Source of the DNA: an uncultured Opitutales bacterium
GTDB taxonomy: Bacteria; Verrucomicrobiota; Verrucomicrobiia; Opitutales; Intestinicryptomonadaceae
NCBI GenBank assembly: GCA_934613415.1
Contig: CAKTSY010000001.1
Location: forward strand, 270,001-302,000
Direction of reading: 5' to 3'
DNA length: 32,000 nucleotides
Positions 25,328 through 32,000 of the stretch are shown here, one piece after another. Position 1 is the stretch's first letter. Each line of letters starts with the position of its first letter. Position numbers and translations under genes: made by a program. Under the pieces are notes generated by a model. It saw nothing but the letters and a program-made list of their open reading frames with translations, did not search any database and was not told where the DNA came from.

Positions 25328-25717
25328 ATGAAAAAATTGATTACACTTGCGGCTATGTTTGCCGCCACTTGTTTGTTTGCACAAGATAACGCCCAGCAAA
25401 ACGCGCCGCAAAATGCTGGCACTGCCGCGGCATCCCAACAGACGCCAACTGCCGACGATGGCGCCGTTGGCGTCATAGAGATTGTTGAAATAAGCGCAAC
25501 AGACACCTGCGGCTGCACCCAATGCGACTCCTGCAAGGGAAAATTCTGCAAGTGCGACCAAAGCACCCCGCAATGCGCAAAGTGCTGCAAGGCAAAAAAA
25601 GGCTGCAAAACCGCAAAAAATTGCGACAAAGCCAAAGCCTGCAAAGCCAGCGCAAATTGCGACAGAGCAAAGAACTGCCCCGACGATTCGTGCCCTAAAA
25701 CGGCAAAATGCAAATAA
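25328..25717 (+). CDS. secreted Cys/Lys-rich repeat protein (129 aa), function unknown
   Basis: The ATG at 25328 is preceded by AAGGAATAAGAGA. The signal peptide is MKKLITLAAMFAATCLFA, followed by a Q/A/T-rich linker. The C-terminal 72 aa carry 16 Cys and 16 Lys, ending in hexapeptide units KTAKNC DKAKAC KASANC DRAKNC PDDSC PKTAKC. Plus-strand terminators lie on both sides. The opposite-strand 228-aa ORF spans those terminators and was rejected. Confidence 0.65.
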   Translation: MKKLITLAAMFAATCLFAQDNAQQNAPQNAGTAAASQQTPTADDGAVGVIEIVEISATDTCGCTQCDSCKGKFCKCDQSTPQCAKCCKAKKGCKTAKNCDKAKACKASANCDRAKNCPDDSCPKTAKCK

Positions 25718-25747
25718 TTTTTGTTGGTTGTATATAGATATAATTCA

Positions 25748-25780
25748 GACTCCGCCCAGATTTTGCGGGGTCTTTTTTTT
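25748..25780 (+). terminator. Rho-independent terminator of the Cys-rich gene
   Basis: An 8-bp stem pairs gactccgc (25748-25755) with gcggggtc (25765-25772), including one G-U pair. TTTTTTTT follows. Confidence 0.7.
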
Positions 25781-25816
25781 GCAAAAAAACATTTGTGCGT
25801 TCCGACTATTCGGCAC

Positions 25817-25846
25817 AAAAAAAGCGCAACCTAAAATAGATTGCGC
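25817..25846 (-). terminator. candidate terminator of the YqaA-like gene
   Basis: A 6-bp stem pairs gcgcaa (25824-25829) with ttgcgc (25841-25846). On the minus strand it is followed by TTTTTTTG. Confidence 0.5.
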
Positions 25847-25871
25847 CATGCAAAAAAACTATACGCAAATT

Positions 25872-26486
25872 TTACATGCAATATTTTACCGCCAAAAAGC
25901 CCAAAACAAGCAGCACAAAAAACGCGACTGTAAGCAGGTTAAAATATTTGTCTATAAACTCTTTCGATTTCGGGCCCACTACCCTGATTATCAAACCAAC
26001 AAGGAAAAATCTGCCGCCGCGCCCTATAATAGAGCCCAAAATAAGGTCGTATAAAGGAACGTCGCACACCCCGGCTGTAATGGTAAAAATCTTGTAGGGA
26101 ATGGGGGTAAATGCCGCGGTAAATATGGCAAGCAAGGCGTTGTCTTTATACAAATTTTTTACATAGTCGAAATTTTCGGGCGTAAAGCCCGGAACATAAT
26201 TAAAGAAAAAGTCCTTAACGGCCTCCCAACTTGCGTAACCAATATACCAGCCAATTACGCCGCCAATAACCGAGAACACCGTGCAAACCAGCGCAAAATA
26301 CCACCATTTTTTTGGCTTTCCGTAAACTAATGGTATAAGCAAAACATCGGGCGGAACCGGGAAAAACGAACTTTCGGCAGCCGACAAAAGCGAAAGAGCC
26401 ACGGTAGACTGGGGTTTGTCGGCCCAAGATACCGTCCAATCGTACATTCTCCTGATAAAGTTTTTCTTTTTTTCGGGGGTACTCAT
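25872..26486 (-). CDS. YqaA/DedA-type (VTT/SNARE-associated domain) inner-membrane protein
   Basis: MSTPEKKKNFIRRMYDWTVSWADKPQSTVALSLLSAAESSFFPVPPDVLLIPL matches the YqaA-type N-terminus, in which ES.FFP.PPDVLL is characteristic. The ATG at 26484-26486 is preferred to the ORF-track start. Confidence 0.8.
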   Translation of the reverse strand: MSTPEKKKNFIRRMYDWTVSWADKPQSTVALSLLSAAESSFFPVPPDVLLIPLVYGKPKKWWYFALVCTVFSVIGGVIGWYIGYASWEAVKDFFFNYVPGFTPENFDYVKNLYKDNALLAIFTAAFTPIPYKIFTITAGVCDVPLYDLILGSIIGRGGRFFLVGLIIRVVGPKSKEFIDKYFNLLTVAFFVLLVLGFLAVKYCM

Positions 26487-26601
26487 ATAAAAATAAATTT
26501 GCGCATATAACACCACATTTCGCCAAACAGTGCAAGCCTATATAAAACCAATTTTTTTGACAAAAAACTTTCCGCAAAAAAACATATTTTACATTGACAT
26601 A

Positions 26602-26617
26602 TTTTTGCCGGCAAAAA
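26602..26617. repeat. perfect 16-nt palindrome TTTTTGCCGGCAAAAA in a divergent promoter region
   Basis: Read directly. It lies between the YqaA-like start (26486, minus) and the start of the AT-rich ORF (26644, plus), immediately after a TTGACA hexamer at 26594-26599. Confidence 0.85.
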
Positions 26618-26643
26618 AACTGTATCTTAGCGCATAGTATTTT

Positions 26644-27330
26644 ATGAGCTTTAAAGATTTATACCCGCTAACTACAAACGAAAGTATAGGCAAGCCCATG
26701 TTCGGCCTGCTTGTGTATGTAAATAAAACTCCCTCCGAACTTGTTTTGCACGAGGGCGGAATTTCTATAGTTAAAAACTTAGACAATTCTGTAGAACTTA
26801 TAAATTTCGAGCAAATAGACGTTTTGTATGCAGACTATTTTATAAAAAAGGTTGAAACAATTGCGTGGATTTTTTCGTCAACTCAACAGCAAGACGTATA
26901 TTTTATAAATCTGGAATATCGCAAAGGCAATATGCCCGTTAAGTGCTGCATATACCTACGCAAACGCGAATGCATTATATACAATGCAAACATTCTAAAT
27001 AATTTTATTGAACGCTATTACGCCCAAAAAGATATCTTCGGAAATCTGGTAGACTTGCCGAAAATAAAATCTAAGCAAGAAGCTTTGGCTTTTGCAAAAA
27101 AGCTTAATGCCCCCGATAAACGCTATTTGTTAGAGATAAAAACGTTGCGCGTAACAGGCGTTTGCTTGGGGCTATTTTTTGTAGTTGCCCCATTTGTAGG
27201 GTTAAGAGATGTAGACTGGTTGTTTTTTGCGGGGCTACTTATATATTTCGTCGCGGTTAAAGATGTGCTTTCGGGCTATATTTTCCTTATGATTTTATTT
27301 TTGATAGGGCTATTTACCACAGTAGTATAG
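26644..27330 (+). CDS. hypothetical protein with two C-terminal TM helices, AT-rich
   Basis: A 228-aa ORF with a soluble N-terminal ~165 aa and then VTGVCLGLFFVVAPFVGL and LFFAGLLIYFVAV...IFLMILFLIGLF. I recognise no family motif. Confidence 0.5.
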   Translation: MSFKDLYPLTTNESIGKPMFGLLVYVNKTPSELVLHEGGISIVKNLDNSVELINFEQIDVLYADYFIKKVETIAWIFSSTQQQDVYFINLEYRKGNMPVKCCIYLRKRECIIYNANILNNFIERYYAQKDIFGNLVDLPKIKSKQEALAFAKKLNAPDKRYLLEIKTLRVTGVCLGLFFVVAPFVGLRDVDWLFFAGLLIYFVAVKDVLSGYIFLMILFLIGLFTTVV

Positions 27331-27404
27331 CGACAAAAAAAGTAAATCTTTTGCTTTTGGAAAACGATTCAAAAATTTTCTTTCGCAAAAAATTTTATAT
27401 ACTC

Positions 27405-27434
27405 ACAAAAAAACCGCGCTTTATTGCGCGGTTT
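27405..27434 (-). terminator. Rho-independent terminator of the FAD oxidoreductase gene, with bidirectional potential
   Basis: A 9-bp stem pairs aaaccgcgc (27411-27419) with gcgcggttt (27426-27434) around a 6-nt loop. On the minus strand it is followed by TTTTGTGAG, so with the stem's UUU the U-run is 7. Confidence 0.7.
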
Positions 27435-27454
27435 AAATGTTTTTGCAAAGCATT

Positions 27455-29125
27455 CTAGCGTTTTTTGGGGGCATACAGCACTTGCCCTTCCTTCTGCAAA
27501 ATGCGGGTTAACGCCCACATATCAACATCTTGCACAGCCTTGTCGGCGTCCATACACCAAACGGCGGCTGCCGCTGCCGAATGCCCCAAAATCATAAACA
27601 CAGGCTCCATTCTTAACGAGCCATACGCAATGTGCGAAGCCGAAACCGCGCAAATTACATACAAATTTTGACAGTCTTTGCGCTGAGGAACAATTACACC
27701 GTACGAAATTTGGTAGGCACCCGTGCGGCTAATCGAACGCTGAACATCGCCTTCGTTTTGCACAAAGCCGTTTTCGTCTATAAAGCGCGAAGTATTGTGC
27801 GAGTCTAGCGTGTACGAGCCCATACCTATGGGTTCGGGCGAAACCTTTGTGTTTTGGCAATCGTGCTGTGTTAAAACATATTCGCCAACCAAGCGGCGCG
27901 CTTCGCGTATATATAGGTAAAACGGCCAATTGCCCGTATCGGTAAATTCGTCTTTGGGCAGCCCCAAGTTTTTAATTGCATCTTTAAACTTTGCGGGGGT
28001 ACGCGGGTCGGTCATCCAAAAATAGAACAGCCCCATTGTATAGTCTTTATGCGCTTTTGCAATCTTTGCGCGCTCGGCATACGAGGCTTCCGGGTAATTG
28101 TAGTTTTCGCCAATAAAGTCGGTAGAAAATGCCTCTTTGTTGTTAATATCGGTTTTATGGTTCGGCATTTTCGAAATTATAAGAGGGAAAGCATTTGGAT
28201 ACGCCTCAAACCATCTGCCGCACAATTCATAGTCGGCGGCGTTGTAATTGTCGGGTTTTGTAAGGGGAACCTTGTTCGGCTCGTAGTCGGTAAAGCACAG
28301 GCGGTAGTTATAGGCCTGAACCTTGTTGTCGGCAGAGCCGTCTTTAAGAGGCTTTTCGCTGGAAATATATTTTAGCAGACCGCTGGATTTTTTGCCTTTA
28401 ATTTTATAGGGGTCTACCTTAACGGTAAAGTGGTGTCCGTTTTGGCGCAAAGTGTTGCGATAGCCGTTAAAATCTTCGTTATATTTTTCGTTGCTTTCGC
28501 GCCCAACAACATATTGGCAACCTGCCGACGCCATTAAGTCGCCCTCGAATGTAGCATCTATAAACATTTTTGCCGAATACTTTTTGCCGCTTAAAGTTGT
28601 TATCGACTTAATTTTTTTGCCGACTTTTTCAACCCCGTTTTCGCGGTTTAAGTACTCGCCGCGGTGCACTATAATATTCGGGTATTCGGCAAGCCATTTT
28701 TTGTATACTTCAAGGGCTATGCGCGGCTCGAAAATCCACATAGTTTTGTCGTCTTCGCGAATTGCCTTTGTGCCCTGCCCGCTGCCCGAAAATTCGGAAC
28801 GCTTTTCGGCATACCAATTCGAGTCTTTTTTGTATTCGGCATAAACCCTTTTGTAGAATTCGCGCGAAAGCCCGCCTATTGCCGCGGTGTTGCCCGAATC
28901 GGTCATACCCAAGCCCGAGCTAGACATTGCCCCCAAGTTTACATCGGGAGATACCATATAAACTTTTTTGCCAGATTTTGCCGCCCTTATTGCCGCAACA
29001 ACCGCGCCCGAAGTGCCGCCATATATAACAATGTCGCCTTCGTAAACCTCTTGCGCCTTGGCGTTTGCCGAAAGCGCAAAAGAAATTGCCATAGCTCCCA
29101 AAAATAGTTTGCGTAAAAATTTCAT
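27455..29125 (-). CDS. secreted FAD-dependent oxidoreductase (PF12831-like)
   Basis: The signal peptide is MKFLRKLFLGAMAISFALSANA. The Rossmann dinucleotide loop is DIVIYGGTSGAVVAAIRAAKSGKKVYMV. Its ~550-aa size and layout fit the 'FAD dependent oxidoreductase' family often found beside glycan-utilisation genes. Confidence 0.75.
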   Translation of the reverse strand: MKFLRKLFLGAMAISFALSANAKAQEVYEGDIVIYGGTSGAVVAAIRAAKSGKKVYMVSPDVNLGAMSSSGLGMTDSGNTAAIGGLSREFYKRVYAEYKKDSNWYAEKRSEFSGSGQGTKAIREDDKTMWIFEPRIALEVYKKWLAEYPNIIVHRGEYLNRENGVEKVGKKIKSITTLSGKKYSAKMFIDATFEGDLMASAGCQYVVGRESNEKYNEDFNGYRNTLRQNGHHFTVKVDPYKIKGKKSSGLLKYISSEKPLKDGSADNKVQAYNYRLCFTDYEPNKVPLTKPDNYNAADYELCGRWFEAYPNAFPLIISKMPNHKTDINNKEAFSTDFIGENYNYPEASYAERAKIAKAHKDYTMGLFYFWMTDPRTPAKFKDAIKNLGLPKDEFTDTGNWPFYLYIREARRLVGEYVLTQHDCQNTKVSPEPIGMGSYTLDSHNTSRFIDENGFVQNEGDVQRSISRTGAYQISYGVIVPQRKDCQNLYVICAVSASHIAYGSLRMEPVFMILGHSAAAAAVWCMDADKAVQDVDMWALTRILQKEGQVLYAPKKR

Positions 29126-29136
29126 TCCCAAAAGCT

Positions 29137-29179
29137 ATATTGGCAAAAATTTTCAGTCAAAACAAAAATTTGCCAATAT
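29137..29179. repeat. 11-bp perfect inverted repeat ATATTGGCAAA / TTTGCCAATAT separated by 21 nt
   Basis: The arms are at 29137-29147 and 29169-29179. It sits 12 nt upstream of the FAD oxidoreductase ATG and 31 nt downstream of the 646-aa gene's stop. Confidence 0.85.
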
Positions 29180-29209
29180 TTAGCCTTGCGTAATGTTGGG
29201 GTTTACTCG

Positions 29210-31150
29210 CTATTTGTTTAATATCTGTTTTGCCAATTTTGCGATTTCGTCGTTTGCAATAGACGACATAGGATATATATCTTTTGCGTTTATGTAGGCA
29301 AGCAGTGCCGCCCAGTTGTCGCCAGAGGTTTTTGCCTCGTTTGCCTTTGCAATGGCGGCGGCAAACGCCGAAGCTTTAACGGTTAAATCGGCTCGGATTT
29401 TGTTTAGTTGCATATCTTCGGGAAACTGCATATAAACTTTCTCAACAATCTCCCAAGCGGCAAAGTTATTCTTTAACCTTGCAAGCTCTTTTGCCTGTCC
29501 TATCGAAGTTTCTATAATTTCCATTCGCTTCATTATTTCCAGAAAATCCTTGTTGCGCGTTTGGTCGGCCGCCAAAGCCGCCGCAAATCTAAAGCGGTCG
29601 TTAAAAATGCCCCTGTAGTCTTTTTGGGCAAAAAGCCTGTCGAAGTCGGAAGTTGCAACGTCTTTTAAATCTACGCGGCCAATCATAGTCTTTAAAAATT
29701 CCTGAATTTTAGGGTTTGTAGGCCAAAAACCGACAGCCTCTTGCAATGCGCTTTCAACTGCCGCCTGATTGCGCGTTTGGGCTGCCACAAGCGCCTTTTG
29801 CAACGCCAAATCGCTAAGCTGGCGCGAAGTTTGGATAAACGCCTCTATTTGCCCGGAATCGAAGTCTTTTGTGTAGCTTTGAATTTCCTTTAAAATTTCG
29901 GCAGCTCTTTCAACATGCTTTACTTTAACGGCGTTTACAAGCTTGTCGCAATCGCGCAAATAGCGCATAATTTCGCGCTTCGAATCCATCGGGAAAGTTT
30001 TTACGCACGCCAAGTTTTCGCCCACAAAAAATGCCTCGAGCATACGCTGAGTTGCCGAGTGTATTTCTCCGCGCGAAATGAGGTATTCTGCGGCTTTCAC
30101 AGCCTTGTCGGCATCGTTTATGGCCTCTTTGCAAAGGGCATCTATAGTAGAAGTTGTAAGTTTTATGTCTACCCCACCGAACATTTGCCCTTTAAGAGAG
30201 TCTATGCCTTCTATTTTGCCGTCTTCGGCCGCAAAAAGATAGCGGTAAAAATCGTTTGCAATCATTGCATGGTAGTACCTGCGCTGAAGGAAAAACTGCA
30301 CAATAAGACTTTGGAAATCCATCTTTTGATTTACCCTTGAAGATGCCTCGTACGATTTATTTTCCTTAATTTTTGCCTCGGTTTCCTGAATGCGTTTTTT
30401 TATTGGGTCTATCTCGTAATCGCGCGAAGGCGGCGGAGTGGCATCTTTACCGCGCATCATTGCAATAAATTCGCGCCTGTCCATACTTGAAATCATACGC
30501 ATTCCCGACTCTTTGCGAGTTCTGTCCTGCTCTAGTTTTTCGTTTTGTATGGCAAGCTTTTCTATCTTTTTTGTGGTTTGCCAAAAGTTTACAACCTTGT
30601 CGGCAATGGTTCGGCAAAGTTGGTCGTCCATAGGGTATTCCTGCGCGTTAAACAGCATTCTCCAAGCGTCTAAAGTGCGCTCGGCGTCGCTACCGCCGCC
30701 CTTGCCCGCCAAACGCTGGCTTATGTCTACCAAAAGCTGGTTGTAGGCCAAGTCTTCGCTGCTGGTAGCCGGCGGCGAATTTAAATATTTTTCGAAGCGC
30801 GCCCTTATGATTTTCTGTTGGGCATCGTCTACCTTTTTGCCCGAAAAATCCACAAGGTTACCCTGATTTTCTAAAAGCGAAATAATTGCCGAGTTGTCGC
30901 CGCCGGCAAACCCGCCCAAATTTATAGGCAATGCCGCAATATTGCCGTTTGTTGCGTTTGCGCTGCTGCTTTCCGAAGCCGCCTTTTTAGATTGCTCCGG
31001 CAAAGAGTTTTTTGCTGCATTGTTTTGCGTTGCCTGCCCACTTGCCGTGTTAGAAGGTGTCTGCTGTGTGCTCTGCAAATTTTGCGTGGCTTGCTGTGCA
31101 TACAACCCGCAAGCTGCAAATATAAAAACATATAACAAAGATTTATTCAT
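29210..31150 (-). CDS. hypothetical secreted, possibly lipidated, all-helical 646-aa protein
   Basis: The N-terminus MNKSLLYVFIFAACGLYAQQ carries a signal peptide with a possible lipobox Cys. A Q/T/S/A-rich linker of about 60 aa follows, then about 570 aa of helical sequence with no motif I recognise. Confidence 0.65.
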   Translation of the reverse strand: MNKSLLYVFIFAACGLYAQQATQNLQSTQQTPSNTASGQATQNNAAKNSLPEQSKKAASESSSANATNGNIAALPINLGGFAGGDNSAIISLLENQGNLVDFSGKKVDDAQQKIIRARFEKYLNSPPATSSEDLAYNQLLVDISQRLAGKGGGSDAERTLDAWRMLFNAQEYPMDDQLCRTIADKVVNFWQTTKKIEKLAIQNEKLEQDRTRKESGMRMISSMDRREFIAMMRGKDATPPPSRDYEIDPIKKRIQETEAKIKENKSYEASSRVNQKMDFQSLIVQFFLQRRYYHAMIANDFYRYLFAAEDGKIEGIDSLKGQMFGGVDIKLTTSTIDALCKEAINDADKAVKAAEYLISRGEIHSATQRMLEAFFVGENLACVKTFPMDSKREIMRYLRDCDKLVNAVKVKHVERAAEILKEIQSYTKDFDSGQIEAFIQTSRQLSDLALQKALVAAQTRNQAAVESALQEAVGFWPTNPKIQEFLKTMIGRVDLKDVATSDFDRLFAQKDYRGIFNDRFRFAAALAADQTRNKDFLEIMKRMEIIETSIGQAKELARLKNNFAAWEIVEKVYMQFPEDMQLNKIRADLTVKASAFAAAIAKANEAKTSGDNWAALLAYINAKDIYPMSSIANDEIAKLAKQILNK

Positions 31151-31151
31151 A

Positions 31152-31535
31152 CTACATCTTTCTAAAATCTGTCAGCAACAATTTGCCGCCTTCGTCTATG
31201 CGAACGCTAAAATTATATCTTTGCCCTACCGACGGGTTAAAACCTTCAAGTTTGGCGGGAACAAGCAAAGGCAAAGACTTGCCCGAATTTGTTTTTATTA
31301 AAATAATGCGCCCTGCACTTTCGGAATATGCAAGCTGGCTGTCTACAAAAGCGCAAATAGAATATTCGTTGCCCGCAAACAATTTGGGCTGTTCGCAATA
31401 TTCGACTACGGGCAATTTAGTGCCGTCTGTTGCGCCAGAACCGTTTTTGCCGTTTATGTATAAAAAGCCGCCAACAATAAGCACCGATAACACCGGTATT
31501 GCGGCCGCAATGATAACTGAACGTTTATCTTTCAT
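31152..31535 (-). CDS. hypothetical N-terminally anchored 127-aa protein
   Basis: It has one TM helix (VIIAAAIPVLSVLIVGGFLYI) and a beta-rich ~95-aa domain. Its stop lies 1 nt before the next start. Confidence 0.6.
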   Translation of the reverse strand: MKDKRSVIIAAAIPVLSVLIVGGFLYINGKNGSGATDGTKLPVVEYCEQPKLFAGNEYSICAFVDSQLAYSESAGRIILIKTNSGKSLPLLVPAKLEGFNPSVGQRYNFSVRIDEGGKLLLTDFRKM

Positions 31536-31545
31536 ATGTTGTACT

Positions 31546-31968
31546 TTATAATATAAATTTTTTTGTGTTTAACAAGAATATAATGGCGCACATAAAAAGT
31601 AAAATTATGTCTCTTATTAATGTCCAAACAGTGTCTGAAGTTGAATTGCCAAAGCATCCGCACGAAATATCCAAATTGCGCCACATAGCCGACACTATTG
31701 CCCCACTAAAAACAAGCAGCATGGCAACAATTAAAAGAAGCGCGCTTTTTTTATAACTTTTTATCAAAATAGTTGCAGCGCACACAAATTCCAACGCGGG
31801 CAAAAAATATGCGGTAAGTGCCGCAAAAGATTCGGGCAAAATTTTGTAGTTTAAAACTGCGCCATAAAACTCTTGCGGGTTTGCCAACTTTGCAACGGCG
31901 GCCCATGCAAAGACAACTGCCAAAGTTGCGCGCAATGCAAATTCGGTTATCTTTTTTGTTCTTTCCAT
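31546..31968 (-). CDS. MauE/DoxX-family membrane protein
   Basis: It has 4 TM helices. WAAVAKLANPQEF...LNYKILPE...LPALEF...DISCGCFG is the MauE-type pattern, in which the CGCFG motif is characteristic. The ATG at 31966-31968 is preferred to the TTG at 31977. Confidence 0.75.
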   Translation of the reverse strand: MERTKKITEFALRATLAVVFAWAAVAKLANPQEFYGAVLNYKILPESFAALTAYFLPALEFVCAATILIKSYKKSALLLIVAMLLVFSGAIVSAMWRNLDISCGCFGNSTSDTVWTLIRDIILLFMCAIIFLLNTKKFIL

Positions 31969-32000
31969 TTTCGCCAATCTTCTTTAAGCACAAACACGTT

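Noticed and set aside
25132-25818. A 228-aa minus-strand ORF overlapping the Cys-rich gene.
   Set aside because: It runs straight through three plus-strand terminator hairpins and both intergenic regions. Its repeats (ALQALALSQFF...) are the mirror of the + strand hexapeptide periodicity. The + strand ORF has a signal peptide, an AAGGA upstream and flanking terminators.
1-32000. A search for CRISPR arrays, tRNA or rRNA genes, transposases, integrases and phage genes.
   Set aside because: No regularly spaced direct repeats were found. No intergenic segment has tRNA-like cloverleaf arms. No ORF carries DDE, tyrosine- or serine-recombinase or phage structural signatures. All intergenic regions are shorter than 270 nt.

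Overview
About 32 kb of chromosomal DNA from a diderm bacterium I cannot place taxonomically. GC is roughly mid-40s % by hand counts, codon usage is rich in AAA/ATA/TTT, and most start codons lack a Shine-Dalgarno. I support 29 protein-coding genes. I found no rRNA, tRNA, CRISPR array, transposase or integrase. Housekeeping genes are rpsT, icd, argH, gmk, leuD, an acyl-ACP thioesterase, an RluA-like protein, exbB/exbD, an HtrA-like protease and a YqaA/DedA-like protein. They are interleaved with secreted glycan-related enzymes: a GH2, a GH42-like enzyme with an N-terminal CBM-like domain, and a PF12831-type FAD oxidoreductase. Several uncharacterised modules stand out. (1) 6.9-12.8 kb is a minus-strand island. 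It holds two paralogous secreted beta-propeller (delta-60/DUF5122-like) proteins with a near-identical 3' tract, a Sel1-repeat protein, two paralogous small membrane proteins, an AT-rich three-gene membrane operon and a shared TGTAAGAA upstream element. (2) 15.7-18.4 kb is a self-contained two-gene operon of a polytopic membrane protein and a P-loop GTPase with a long helical tail. It resembles the function-unknown DUF2868/DUF3482 pair. (3) 25.3-25.7 kb encodes a secreted protein whose C-terminal 72 residues carry 16 Cys and 16 Lys in hexapeptide periodicity. (4) 29.2-32.0 kb is a MauE/DoxX-like, 127-aa anchored, 646-aa helical protein operon. All family assignments come from reading motifs in the translations. 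None was checked by a database or HMM search.
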